Positions 11,536 to 20,801 of a DNA stretch of 62,000 bases are shown here, in pieces. How positions within the stretch are numbered: position 1 is the first letter of the stretch; each line of letters opens with the position of its first letter. The position numbers and the translations under genes were made by a program. Origin of the DNA: Hyalangium minutum (lineage in GTDB: Bacteria > Myxococcota > Myxococcia > Myxococcales > Myxococcaceae). The stretch spans positions 82,001 through 144,000 of the forward strand of contig NZ_JMCB01000005.1 in NCBI RefSeq assembly GCF_000737315.1. Direction: 5' to 3'. Below the pieces are notes generated by a model. That model was not told where the DNA came from. It did no database searches and saw nothing but the letters and a program-made list of their open reading frames with translations.

Positions 11536-12828
11536 ATGGACGCGTCCCCCCGCTTCGCGAAGAGAGTGTTGGACTTTCGCTGCCTCGCTGATCGCTGCGA
11601 GGACACGTGCTGCGTGGGGCTCCGTGTCCCCGTGACGGAGGAGCGCCTGTGGCAGCTGCGCACCGGTGTGAAGGGGAGCCCGGACGAGGCGCACGTAGAG
11701 TCGCTCCTGGAGGAGAACCCCGAGGGCCCTCCCTCCGAGCGAGCGTTCATCAAGATGCAGCCAGATGGGCGCTGCCCGTTCCTCGACACCGAGAAGCTCT
11801 GCTCCCTCCAGCGCCGGCATGGAGAGAAGGTCCTCCCGGATCCTTGCGTCACCTTCCCGCGCATCGTCTGGCGGTGGAATGAGCAGGTGGAGGTGGCGGG
11901 CTCACTGGCGTGTCCGGAGATGGCGCGGCTCCTGCTCCTGGAGGAAGGCGCGCTGGAGCAGGTTCCCGGACCGCTGGAGCAGGTGCCGCGCTTGGAGGCG
12001 GCCCGATCGCTTCCGGGTGAGTCCGGGGATGCTTATGTCGTTCACGCCCAGGCCATTCGCGCCGCCGCGCTGAAGCTCCTGCACCGGCGGGAGTTTCCGC
12101 TCGCCACGCGGCTCATGTTCCTGGGCCAGCTGGCGTTCCGCTTGGACTCCGTCTTCCGGGGCGCGGAGCCTGTCTCGGGCACCGAGGCGGAGCGGGACGA
12201 GGTGGTGCAGGTCCTGCTCCAGTCCGTCGACTCTCCCGAAGCGCTGGAGGCGATGCATCAGGAGTTCCTGTCGCTGCAGGTGCCGGGAGCACCGTGTGCC
12301 GGGCTGCTGGCCTCATTGCTGAAGTCTCGGGCCTCCGTGGCCCGCGGCGACCGCTTCGGACCCTTCGTCCACAGTGTACTGAAGTCCCTCTGGGGCTCCG
12401 AGCAGGCCGAGGGCGATTCGGAGGGCGCCTGGCGCGAGTACTCCGCGCGCTGGCAGCAGCTGCAGGCGGCGCATGGGGCCCGGGTCGAGCAGTACTTCCT
12501 CAACTACGGCCTTGCGCAGTGGCTCCGCTCTCCCTTCCTGGAACTGCCGAGCCTGCTCGCATATGTGTTCCGTCTGGTGATGCGTGTGGCGACGCTGCGG
12601 CTGGCGTTGGTGGGGCACCCAGACGTGGCTGCCCTCTGCGCGATGGAGCAGGGCGCTGCTCCCGAAGACGCTCAGGCCGTGCTGGATCGGGCGGCCATCG
12701 ATTGCTTCTACCTCGTCGCCCGCCACGTAGAGCAGGCGCCGGATGTGCTCGCGCTCGTGCGGCAGCTCGCGGGCGCGGGTGGGGCGGAGACGCTGGGCAA
12801 GACGCTCATCTTTGCCCAGTTCTGCTGA
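11536..12828 (+). CDS. fliB: FliB-family lysine N-methylase (Cys-cluster protein)
   Basis: FRCLADRCEDTCC, GRCPFLDTEKLCSLQ, PDPCVTFPR and SLACPEMARLLL match the FliB/YkgJ Cys pattern. Start uncertain (11464, 11506 or 11536). Confidence 0.75.
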   Translation: MDASPRFAKRVLDFRCLADRCEDTCCVGLRVPVTEERLWQLRTGVKGSPDEAHVESLLEENPEGPPSERAFIKMQPDGRCPFLDTEKLCSLQRRHGEKVLPDPCVTFPRIVWRWNEQVEVAGSLACPEMARLLLLEEGALEQVPGPLEQVPRLEAARSLPGESGDAYVVHAQAIRAAALKLLHRREFPLATRLMFLGQLAFRLDSVFRGAEPVSGTEAERDEVVQVLLQSVDSPEALEAMHQEFLSLQVPGAPCAGLLASLLKSRASVARGDRFGPFVHSVLKSLWGSEQAEGDSEGAWREYSARWQQLQAAHGARVEQYFLNYGLAQWLRSPFLELPSLLAYVFRLVMRVATLRLALVGHPDVAALCAMEQGAAPEDAQAVLDRAAIDCFYLVARHVEQAPDVLALVRQLAGAGGAETLGKTLIFAQFC

Positions 12829-12831
12829 GCG

Positions 12832-14583
12832 CTACTTCCCGCCGTCCTTCGGTGTCCCCGCGTCGGGCGTGTCCGCCTGGGGTTCGGGGACGTTCGCGCC
12901 GGACAGCTCCTTCGGGTCGCGCATGAACTTCCACGCGGTGTTCTCGACACCCGGCTCGCTCATGCCCGTGAGCAGCGCGGCCGCTTTCACGGTCCGCTCC
13001 TTGAGCGCCGTCTCGCCCAGCTCATGGTGAATCTTCGTGAGCGCGATGTGGACCTCGGGGTCGAACGGGTTCGTGGACAGCGCCTCCATGTACGCGACCT
13101 TCGCCTTCAGCCAGTCCTTGCGGAACAAGAGGATGCGGCCCAGGTGCACGTTGGTGCCCGGCAGGCCCGGGTACACCCGCAGCGAGCCGCGCAGCACCGC
13201 CTCGGCCTCGTCCAGCCGCCGCAGCTCCAGCAGCGTCAGCGCATACTTGTTCGAGATGGACTCGTACTTGTCGCCCACCATGGTGTAGGCCTTCGAGTAC
13301 TCCGCCGCCGCGGCCTTCACCCGGTTGCGCTCGCGCAGCAGCTCGCCCAGGTGCGCCAGCTTGCGCGCCGGAATCTCCTGTACCTCCGCGAAGTCTCCGA
13401 AGGAGATCTCCCGGCCCTTCTTCGCGTCGTCCTTGTCCTGGCCCTTGGCGTCCTCCTTGAGGACCACCTCTTGTTGCGGCAGCAGCTCCTTGGGGAACGG
13501 CTGCTTCTTGATGTGGGCCAGCCAGGCCTTCTCGAAGAGGCCGAAGGGCATGCCTACCGCCGCCTCCACCGCCTTCTTGTCCGTCTGCCCGTTGCGCAGC
13601 TCCTGGATGATGGTGCGCAGGCCCGCCGTGCCCTTCGTGGCCAGCACGTAGTCCACCACGTAGAAGACCTCGGCGAACGCCAGGCCCGCGTCCTCCGCCG
13701 TGGGCAGCATGGCGATGGACGGGTGCATCTTCTCGAAAGGCACCAGCGTGTTGGCCTTCATCCGGCGCCCCAGCAGCGCCAGCGCGGAGGGGTTCAGCCC
13801 CAGCCCGCCTTGGCCACGCCAGCGGGACTCGAGGAACTTGGCCATGCCCTCGTGCAGCCAGATGGGCACGTTGTTGCGGCTGCTCTGGCTGATGACGAGG
13901 TGCACGTACTCGTGCGCCAGCGTGTCCTGCCAGTCGTAGCCGCGCGCCACCGCCTTGGGGCTCGTCACCATGAGCTTGTTGAACTTGCACATGGCGATGG
14001 TGCCCGTCGTCTGGATCTGCTCGTACGAGAGCGTGCTGATCTTCGACAGCTCGCGCGCGTTGTTCACCACCTCCACGCGCACCTTGCCGCCCGGTGGCGT
14101 CCACCCCAGGTCCTCCTGCATGGCCCGGTAGATGGCCTCCAGCGTCTCCATCGCGTAGGGCACCAGAACCTCTTCCTTGCCCGCCGGGTACAGGAAGATG
14201 AAGTGCTCGCTCTCCACCCTCTGGTGGCGCTTGGTGATGTTGGCGGTGTCCTTGGCCAGCCGGAGGTAGCTGCTCGGCTTGTCCTCCACGCCGGCTTTTG
14301 TCAGCAGGTCCACCGCCTCGGAGTAGCGGCCCTCCTCGAAGGCGAGCCGGCCCTGGTAGTAGATCAGCGCCTCGCTGCCCTCCGGCACGATCTTCTCCAG
14401 CTCCACCAGCGCACGCCGGGCGGACACCAGATCCCACCCGTCGATGCCGGCCTCCAGCTCCGCCAGGCGGGCCTTGGCCTCGCTGCGGACATCCTCGTCC
14501 TGGGCGCGGGCCGGCGCGGCCGTCACCAGCAGCGACAGCAGCCCGAGCGTCAGCAGTGCGTTCCGCGGATGACGGCGGCTCAC
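12832..14583 (-). CDS. Secreted TPR-containing peptidase MA-family metalloprotease
   Basis: Signal peptide; LAHEYVH zinc motif followed by PIWLHEGMA; TPR-like helical repeats at both ends. Confidence 0.8.
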   Translation of the reverse strand: MSRRHPRNALLTLGLLSLLVTAAPARAQDEDVRSEAKARLAELEAGIDGWDLVSARRALVELEKIVPEGSEALIYYQGRLAFEEGRYSEAVDLLTKAGVEDKPSSYLRLAKDTANITKRHQRVESEHFIFLYPAGKEEVLVPYAMETLEAIYRAMQEDLGWTPPGGKVRVEVVNNARELSKISTLSYEQIQTTGTIAMCKFNKLMVTSPKAVARGYDWQDTLAHEYVHLVISQSSRNNVPIWLHEGMAKFLESRWRGQGGLGLNPSALALLGRRMKANTLVPFEKMHPSIAMLPTAEDAGLAFAEVFYVVDYVLATKGTAGLRTIIQELRNGQTDKKAVEAAVGMPFGLFEKAWLAHIKKQPFPKELLPQQEVVLKEDAKGQDKDDAKKGREISFGDFAEVQEIPARKLAHLGELLRERNRVKAAAAEYSKAYTMVGDKYESISNKYALTLLELRRLDEAEAVLRGSLRVYPGLPGTNVHLGRILLFRKDWLKAKVAYMEALSTNPFDPEVHIALTKIHHELGETALKERTVKAAALLTGMSEPGVENTAWKFMRDPKELSGANVPEPQADTPDAGTPKDGGK

Positions 14584-17500
14584 TTCACCAGCTCCTCGTA
14601 GTAGCGCTTCACCTGCTCCTTGTAACGCTCCGGAGCGCCCTGCTTCATCGCGTCCAGCAGGTCCTTGCGGAACTCCTTGGGCGCCTGGAAGGCGTCCTCA
14701 TCCGGCAGCTCGACCTTCTCGCGTGGATCCATGCCATTGCCATCGCGCCGGCCGCCCATGCCCATCGGCAGCGGCAGGCCGCCCTGGCCCTGGCCCTTCT
14801 GGCTCTCCTTCATCTGCTGCTGGAAGCGCTTGAGGCCCTCGAGCGCCATCTGCTGCTGCCCGTAGCCACGGCCCGGATCCTGGCCGCCCATGCGCTGCGC
14901 GGCCTCGCCCATGCGCTGGCCCACCTCGTCCATCTGGTTGCCGGACTCCTGGCCGAACACCGGCGCCAGCTGCTGCATCTCCTCCATCTGCTGGCGCAGG
15001 CCCTGGGCGCGCTGCTCCAGCTGCTGCTGCTGCTCGGAGAGCTTCTGCAGTTGCTGGCGCTCCTGCGGGCTGAGCTGCGAGCCCGGCTCCGGGAAGAGCG
15101 ACTGGAGCTTCTGGCTGACCTCCTGCATCGTCTTCGCGTCCTTCTGGAGCTTCTGGGCCAGCTGCGCCGACTGCTCGCGCACCTCCTCCGGGTTGCCGAA
15201 CATCTCGTCCAGCTTGCGCTGGTGCTCGCCCATGGCGGAGAGCTGATCGGCCATGTCCTGGGTGCGCTGGGCCGCATCGGACGCGAGGTCATACGCGTCC
15301 GCCTTGAGGGCGTTCTCCAGGTTCTCCAGCTCGGACTGGGCCTCGGCCAGAGGGGCCGCCGCGCGGCTGTTGAGCTGCTCCGGCTTGAGCTCCTGGTAGT
15401 CCTTCTGCACCTGCTGCACCTGGCGCATCAGCTCGTCCTTGAGGGCCTTGCCCTTCTCGCTCAAGCGCTCCCGGTTCTGCGAGCGCGCCTGGTCGCGCAG
15501 GGCCTTGGTGGCGTCCGCCACCTGCTGCTGCTCCTGGAGCGTCTTGTCCAGGTCCTTCATGAAGTCGCCGAACTTCTGCGCCAGCTCTGGGTACTGCTCG
15601 CCGCCCAGCTCGCCCTGCGCCTTGTTCAGGTTCTCCATCATCTTGTCCATCTGCATGGAGAGCTCCTGGAGCTTGGCAAGCGCCTCGTCCGCCTTGCCCT
15701 CGCGCATCAGCTTCTCCACCTCGTCCAAGCCGCTGGAGACGTCCTGGTCCTTCATCATCTCGGCCATGGCCTCGGCGTTGAAGTGCTCGTCGCGGATGCC
15801 CTTGCGCAGCTCGGCCATGCGCTGCATCAGCTCGTTGATGCGTTGGCGCAGCTGCGTAATCTGCTCGAGGATCTGCTGCCGGGCCGCGTCGCTGGGCGTG
15901 GCCTTGTACTGCTCGATGAGCGAGGCCAGATCCCTGCGCTGCTCCGCCAGCTCCTTGGCCATCTCCTGCAGCGCCTCGAGCTTCTGCCGGTCCAGCAGGG
16001 ACTCCAGATAGAGGACGTCCTTCTCCGTCTCGGCAATCTCGTCGTTCACCGCAGCCGTGAGCCGGGTGCCCGTGCCCCAGTCCTCGCCGCGCAGCCGCTG
16101 GGTGCGCAGGTACAGGCGCCGGAAGTCCGCGGTGGCCGACAGCTTGCGGCCCAGCCCATCCGCGATGTTCAGCAGCGCGCCCACAAGGTCTCTGGGCACA
16201 TCCCGCTCGCGCGCCAGCTCCTGGGCCAGAGCGCGCATGTCCGCGACGAGCTGCTGGCCACTGGTGTCCACGGCCTGCCCGGAGGTGACGCTCTCCGCCG
16301 TCTTCTCCTTGGCGGTGTCCGAGCCCTCCAGCCGGTCCGCGAGGTGATCCACCAGCCGGCCCCAGAGTGCCTCGGCCTTCTGGAGCGCGGCGCGGCGGTG
16401 CTCGGCGGCGCTGTAGATGCGCAGCACCTGGGTGCGGCTCAGGCCCTTCTTGGGGCCCTCCACCGCGTCATTGTCCCGGGCCTCGATGTTGTAGGTGATG
16501 CGGTCGCCGGGCTTCAGGGGGAAGCGGCTCAGGTCCCACGTGTACGTGCCCTTGTTGCGGCGGCCGTCCTCGCGCGGCAGCGGCACGCGCGTCTCCTGCT
16601 GCGAGCCCGGCGTGCGGAACACCAGTGCCAGCTCGCTCAGGCCGTAGTCATCCGTGGCCTCGTACTTGAGGACCACCTGCTGGCCCGGATCCACCTCCAG
16701 CTCCGTGGCGGGCGACAGCAGCGTGGCCTGGGGCGGCGCATCCGCCTCCACATTGAGGGTGATCTCCGGCCCGATGACGTCCGCCTTCTCTCCCTTCTCC
16801 GTGGAGAAGGCGAAGCGGTAGGTGCCGCTCTTCTTCGTCACGAAGGAGCCGCTCAGCTCTCGGCGGCCCTCCACCTTGAGGGGCAGGGGCTCGCCGTTGA
16901 CGATGATCTCGGCCTGCTCGACTTCCCGGTCCGAGCGCGTCTTGAGGAGCACCTCGGTGCCCGCGGGCGCGCTGATCTCTCCGTTGGTGCCCGCCACCGT
17001 GCGCGGGGCGAGCCCCGTGTAGGCCGGGTAACGGTACGTCAGCTCGATGTCTCCGGTGATGGGCTCGGCCTTGGCGGTGGACTGGGCCACGGCGCTGGTC
17101 TCCCACGCCTTGGCCACGCCCGCGCGCCAGCGGCCGCCGGACAGCACCAGTGTCACCGCCACCGCGAGCACCAGCGCGCCCAGCACCTGCGCCAGCCGCC
17201 GCACGCGCTGGCCATCCACGATGGTGGCCGGATCCACGTACTGGGCCCGCCAGTCCATCTGTCCGAGGAACGCGGCGACGAGGCTGTGCGAGTGCTGCGC
17301 CGCACCGGCCTCGCGCGACAGCTCCACCGCGGCGAGCACATCCAGGGACAGCTCGGGCTTGCGCTCGCCGATGAGCCGCGCGGTGCGGACGTCATCGCCC
17401 ACCATCTTCCGGGACAGGAGGATGCCCAGCGCACAAGCCACGCCGATGCCCACCAGCGGGGCGAGGATCAGCACCCACCGGCCGAGCGCGGGAGCCACGA

Positions 17501-17723
17501 GCCCGAGGAAGCCGCCGCCCAGGCCGAGCAGCAGCAAGGCCATGGCGCCGAGCATGCCGCCCTCGAGCCAGAGCTGGCGCCGCTGGCGGGCGCGCACGGC
17601 AGCGAGCAGGGCCTCCACCTGGCGGGCGCGTGGACGCGGCCGGGCCTCGGCGGCGGGCGCCGGAGGAGGCGGAGGGGGAGGGGGAAGCTCCGAGTCTGGG
17701 GGCTGCGGGGTTTCGAGGTTCAC
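14580..17723 (-). CDS. DUF4175-family membrane protein (TM, Ig-like domains, long Gln/Glu coiled coil)
   Basis: N-terminal TMs, beta-rich PPAYTG-like/YEATDDYGL segment, about 550 aa of Q/E-rich helix, C-terminal YKEQVKRYYEEL; ATGA overlap with the peptidase gene. Confidence 0.75.
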   Translation of the reverse strand: MNLETPQPPDSELPPPPPPPPAPAAEARPRPRARQVEALLAAVRARQRRQLWLEGGMLGAMALLLLGLGGGFLGLVAPALGRWVLILAPLVGIGVACALGILLSRKMVGDDVRTARLIGERKPELSLDVLAAVELSREAGAAQHSHSLVAAFLGQMDWRAQYVDPATIVDGQRVRRLAQVLGALVLAVAVTLVLSGGRWRAGVAKAWETSAVAQSTAKAEPITGDIELTYRYPAYTGLAPRTVAGTNGEISAPAGTEVLLKTRSDREVEQAEIIVNGEPLPLKVEGRRELSGSFVTKKSGTYRFAFSTEKGEKADVIGPEITLNVEADAPPQATLLSPATELEVDPGQQVVLKYEATDDYGLSELALVFRTPGSQQETRVPLPREDGRRNKGTYTWDLSRFPLKPGDRITYNIEARDNDAVEGPKKGLSRTQVLRIYSAAEHRRAALQKAEALWGRLVDHLADRLEGSDTAKEKTAESVTSGQAVDTSGQQLVADMRALAQELARERDVPRDLVGALLNIADGLGRKLSATADFRRLYLRTQRLRGEDWGTGTRLTAAVNDEIAETEKDVLYLESLLDRQKLEALQEMAKELAEQRRDLASLIEQYKATPSDAARQQILEQITQLRQRINELMQRMAELRKGIRDEHFNAEAMAEMMKDQDVSSGLDEVEKLMREGKADEALAKLQELSMQMDKMMENLNKAQGELGGEQYPELAQKFGDFMKDLDKTLQEQQQVADATKALRDQARSQNRERLSEKGKALKDELMRQVQQVQKDYQELKPEQLNSRAAAPLAEAQSELENLENALKADAYDLASDAAQRTQDMADQLSAMGEHQRKLDEMFGNPEEVREQSAQLAQKLQKDAKTMQEVSQKLQSLFPEPGSQLSPQERQQLQKLSEQQQQLEQRAQGLRQQMEEMQQLAPVFGQESGNQMDEVGQRMGEAAQRMGGQDPGRGYGQQQMALEGLKRFQQQMKESQKGQGQGGLPLPMGMGGRRDGNGMDPREKVELPDEDAFQAPKEFRKDLLDAMKQGAPERYKEQVKRYYEELVK

Positions 17724-17877
17724 AATCTCGTCCGCTCAGTGGCGAGGCAACCCGCGGGTGGGCCGCCTATTTCCCAATTCTGTAGCAACCTCCTCCCGCG
17801 CGCGCGTCCCTTTGGGGCGGCGGGGCCAGGGAGGAGGAGGGCTCTGTCCGGCGGCGGATGGCCGGGAGAGCGAGCGT

Positions 17878-18459
17878 TCAGCGGGCGTCAGTCGAGCGCC
17901 GGGCCGCTTCATCCGTCGGCGGGTCGGCCGCGGTGGGGATTCCCCCCAGCTCTTCGGCCAGCGCGGTGAGGACGTCCTGGGTATGGGTGATGCGCGTGCG
18001 GGTCATCTTGGAGAGCGCCCGCTGCACGGCGGCCTCCACCGTCCCTGTCGAGGGCACGTCCAGGGTCCGTCCCGCATCGGTGAGGGCGAACAGCGCCTTG
18101 CGCCCATCGAGCGGATCCGACTTGCGCTCCAGCAGGCCGCGCTTCTCCAGGCGCTTGAGCACGCCGGTGAGGGTGCTGGGGTGCACATGGAGGATCTGCG
18201 CGAGGTTGCCGGCAGTGATGCCCGGGAAGCGGCCCACGAGGCGCAGCACCAGGCGCTGCGGGCCGGTGATACCGAGCGCGGACTCCATGCGCTTGGACGT
18301 GGACTGGAGGCCATGATCCACAGCCCACAGCAGGCGCATGAACTCGAGAACCTCACCCAGCTGGGGTCCCCGTGCCTTCTCCGGCTGTGTCGCCAATGGG
18401 GGTGTTTCTTGCTCTAGCTCGTCCACGGTCTCTTTCAACTTCGCCTCCAAGTCGCCCAC
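17878..18459 (-). CDS. MarR family transcriptional regulator
   Basis: Winged helix ITGPQRLVL...HPSTLTGVLKRLEKRGLLERKSDPLDGR. Confidence 0.88.
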   Translation of the reverse strand: MGDLEAKLKETVDELEQETPPLATQPEKARGPQLGEVLEFMRLLWAVDHGLQSTSKRMESALGITGPQRLVLRLVGRFPGITAGNLAQILHVHPSTLTGVLKRLEKRGLLERKSDPLDGRKALFALTDAGRTLDVPSTGTVEAAVQRALSKMTRTRITHTQDVLTALAEELGGIPTAADPPTDEAARRSTDAR

Positions 18460-18688
18460 CCCACAGTTCTAGCGCTCTTCCACAGTTTCCACAGCGGAGG
18501 AGTACTTGGGCCCCCAAGAAGGGCCAGCCAGGAGGCAGCCAGCCGTGCCACCTGGGGGGGCGGCTGGCCGTGGGCCCGCATGCTACCCCTGATGTCTCCC
18601 TGTGAGGCAGTGTGCCGCATTGTGTCACAGGTGAGAGAACCTTGCCTGGCGGGAGGGGGAGCGGGCAACCCCTGGAGTTTCCAGGGGT

Positions 18689-19828
18689 TCAGGCGCTGGC
18701 CGATTGAGCGGGGGAGGGCGTGGCTGCGGCGCGGAGGTGGACCCAGAAGCGGGTGCCCTGGCCGGGTTGGCTCTCCACGCCGATGCGGCCGCCCATCTCG
18801 GTCACGAGGCGGCGGCAGATGAAGAGTCCCAGCCCGGTGCCCTCGCCCAGGGGCTTGGTGGTGAAGAACGGCTCGAAGATGCGCTCGTGCAGCTCCGCAG
18901 GGATTCCAGGCCCGGTGTCGCGGATCTCCACGCGCACGGTGTCGGGCAGGGAGCGCCGGGTGACGACGTGGATGGCGTGCTCGTGGCTGCTGCCTTCAGG
19001 GAGGGCCTGCGCGGCATTGATGACGAGGTTGAGGAAGATCTGCGCCAGTCGGGCCTCGCTGCCGTGGACGGTGGAGGCCTCGCCGTAGTCCTTGATGAGC
19101 TGGGCGCGGGGGAAGACCTGGTTCCACGCCATGCGGAGGGCGGAGTCCAGCACGCGGTGCAGATCCGTGGGACCGAGCGGCTGGGCCTCGGGCCGGGCGA
19201 AGACCTTGATGTCGCGGATGATCTCCTGGATGTGCTGGGCGCACTCGGAGGCGTTGCGCAGGGCCTGGACGTCATCCTCCTGCAGGGACCGCTCGCGGGC
19301 GGAGTTCAGGGTGAAGTCCAGGTTCATCATCAGCGAGGAGAGCGGGTTGTTGATCTCGTGGGCCACGCCCGCGGCGAGCAGGCCCAGCGCTGCGAGCCGG
19401 TCCGAGAGCAGGAGCCGCTCCTGCATCCGGCGGCGCTCGGCGCGGACCTCGGCCTCGCGCAGCTCGCGGGCCAGGGCGGGGCCCAGGCGCGCCAGCCGAT
19501 CCTTGAAGAGGAAGTCATGGACGCCGCTCTTCATGGCTTCCACGGCGGTGTCCTCGCCCACAGCGCCGGACACGATGAGGAAGGGCAGGTCGAGCCCGCG
19601 CTCCTTCACGAGCGGAAGCGCCGCCAGCCCGTTGAAGCCCGGGAGGACATAGTCGGAGATGATCGCGTCCCACGGTCCTTCATTCAGGGCGCGCTCAATC
19701 TCCTCGAGCGATTCGACGCGGGTAAGGGATGGCTCATAGCCACAGCTCCGAAGTTCCGAGAGCAGCAGGAGCTCATCATCCTCGGAGTCTTCGATGAGGA
19801 GCAGGCGCAACGGCTGGCCACCACCCAT
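18689..19828 (-). CDS. Hybrid response regulator/histidine kinase (REC-HisKA-HATPase)
   Basis: N-terminal REC (LIEDS, ISDYVLP), H-box AHEINNPL, N-box NLVINA, G boxes DTGPGI and FTTKPLGEGTGLGL; no sensor domain. Confidence 0.9.
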   Translation of the reverse strand: MGGGQPLRLLLIEDSEDDELLLLSELRSCGYEPSLTRVESLEEIERALNEGPWDAIISDYVLPGFNGLAALPLVKERGLDLPFLIVSGAVGEDTAVEAMKSGVHDFLFKDRLARLGPALARELREAEVRAERRRMQERLLLSDRLAALGLLAAGVAHEINNPLSSLMMNLDFTLNSARERSLQEDDVQALRNASECAQHIQEIIRDIKVFARPEAQPLGPTDLHRVLDSALRMAWNQVFPRAQLIKDYGEASTVHGSEARLAQIFLNLVINAAQALPEGSSHEHAIHVVTRRSLPDTVRVEIRDTGPGIPAELHERIFEPFFTTKPLGEGTGLGLFICRRLVTEMGGRIGVESQPGQGTRFWVHLRAAATPSPAQSASA

Positions 19829-19929
19829 TCACGAACCTCGCACATCCTCCGTGTATCAGCGCGGAGGTCGAGGACAATATACCGCCGCGTTTCTGGCGGA
19901 TCAGCGGTCGTGAGGGTGAGCCGCTGTCG

Positions 19930-19967
19930 AAAAAGAGCCGCTCCGGCCAGGACAGCACCGGAGCGGC
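19930..19967 (-). terminator. Rho-independent terminator downstream of comEA
   Basis: Perfect 10-bp inverted repeat GCCGCTCCGG/CCGGAGCGGC followed on the minus strand by TCTTTTT, 15 nt after the comEA stop. Confidence 0.75.
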
Positions 19968-19982
19968 CTACGGCTCGGGGTC

Positions 19983-20348
19983 TCAGTGCTTCGGCTTGGC
20001 CGGAGCATCCGAGGCGCTGCGCTTCTCCTCCTGGAGCGTCGTCGCGCCCGTGAGCGTCAGGTACGGCTTGAGCTTCTGGAACTTCTTCTTCCCGAAGCCC
20101 TTCACGCGCACCAATTCCTCAACGCGCTTGAAGGGGTGCTTCTCCCGGTGATCGAGGATGCGGTCCACCGCCTTCCTCCCCACGCCCGGCAGCCGGTCCA
20201 GCTCCTCCGGTGTGGCCTCGTTGAGGTTCACCACGCCGGAGTACTGCATCTGCGTGCGGCGCCGCCCTGCCTCCGCCACCCCAGGCCCCAGCAGCACGAG
20301 CCCGAGCACCATCATCACCCCCATCCCCAGCACCGCACGCCCGCTCAC
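19983..20348 (-). CDS. comEA: ComEA family helix-hairpin-helix DNA-binding protein
   Basis: Signal/TM segment then VNLNEAT.EEL..LPGVG...RI...R...F..VEEL..VKGFG; GTGA overlap with the upstream gene. Confidence 0.88.
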   Translation of the reverse strand: MSGRAVLGMGVMMVLGLVLLGPGVAEAGRRRTQMQYSGVVNLNEATPEELDRLPGVGRKAVDRILDHREKHPFKRVEELVRVKGFGKKKFQKLKPYLTLTGATTLQEEKRSASDAPAKPKH

Positions 20349-20593
20349 GAGTGGCCCTCCATCAGCGCCGGCTCGAGCCCCGCCTCCGACCCGAAGCGCC
20401 CGCTGGCCTGAGCGCCGTCCCGCTTGTCCGCGGCCTCGCGCACGTGCAGCTTCCCGTCCAGGGGCAGCACATCCAGCAGCACGTTCAGCGAGCCGTCCTT
20501 GTTCACGAAGGCGCTCCCCGCACGCACCCAGATGCTCCCGCCCTTGCCCTCCCGAATGGAGAACACCGCCAACCTCTTTCCTGCCGTCAGCAT
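20345..20593 (-). CDS. Small conserved-looking hypothetical protein (82 aa)
   Basis: ATG at 20593 preceded by GAGG; sequence WVRAGSAFVNKDGSLNVLLDVLPLDGKLHVRE looks like a compact all-beta domain; stop overlaps the comEA start. Confidence 0.75.
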   Translation of the reverse strand: MLTAGKRLAVFSIREGKGGSIWVRAGSAFVNKDGSLNVLLDVLPLDGKLHVREAADKRDGAQASGRFGSEAGLEPALMEGHS

Positions 20594-20680
20594 CGTCCTA
20601 CCTCGCTCCTTCACACTCCCGCGCCACCCATGGCGTGGGCGCCTCATCGGCTTCGACCGCCTGAGGTCGCAGGAGCCCAA

Positions 20681-20696
20681 AGCAGGCGCCGTGCCA
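20681..20696 (-). promoter_or_regulatory. Putative sigma54 (-24/-12) promoter
   Basis: Minus strand TGGCACGGCGCCTGCT matches TGGCACG-N4-TTGCW with one mismatch and correct GG-GC spacing, about 90 nt upstream of the 82-aa gene. Confidence 0.6.
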
Positions 20697-20801
20697 ACGG
20701 CACTTCCCCTCGGAGAGGCTGTGAAAGAGAGCGTTTCGGAGCCCCGTACCGTCCACCGCCGTGGACTGCCGTGGACGGTCGTGGATGGGGAGCCCGGAGG
20801 A

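Noticed and set aside
14298-17969. 1223-aa plus-strand ORF
   Set aside because: Antisense shadow of the DUF4175 gene; such long ORFs are expected in high-GC DNA and this one has no recognisable motifs.
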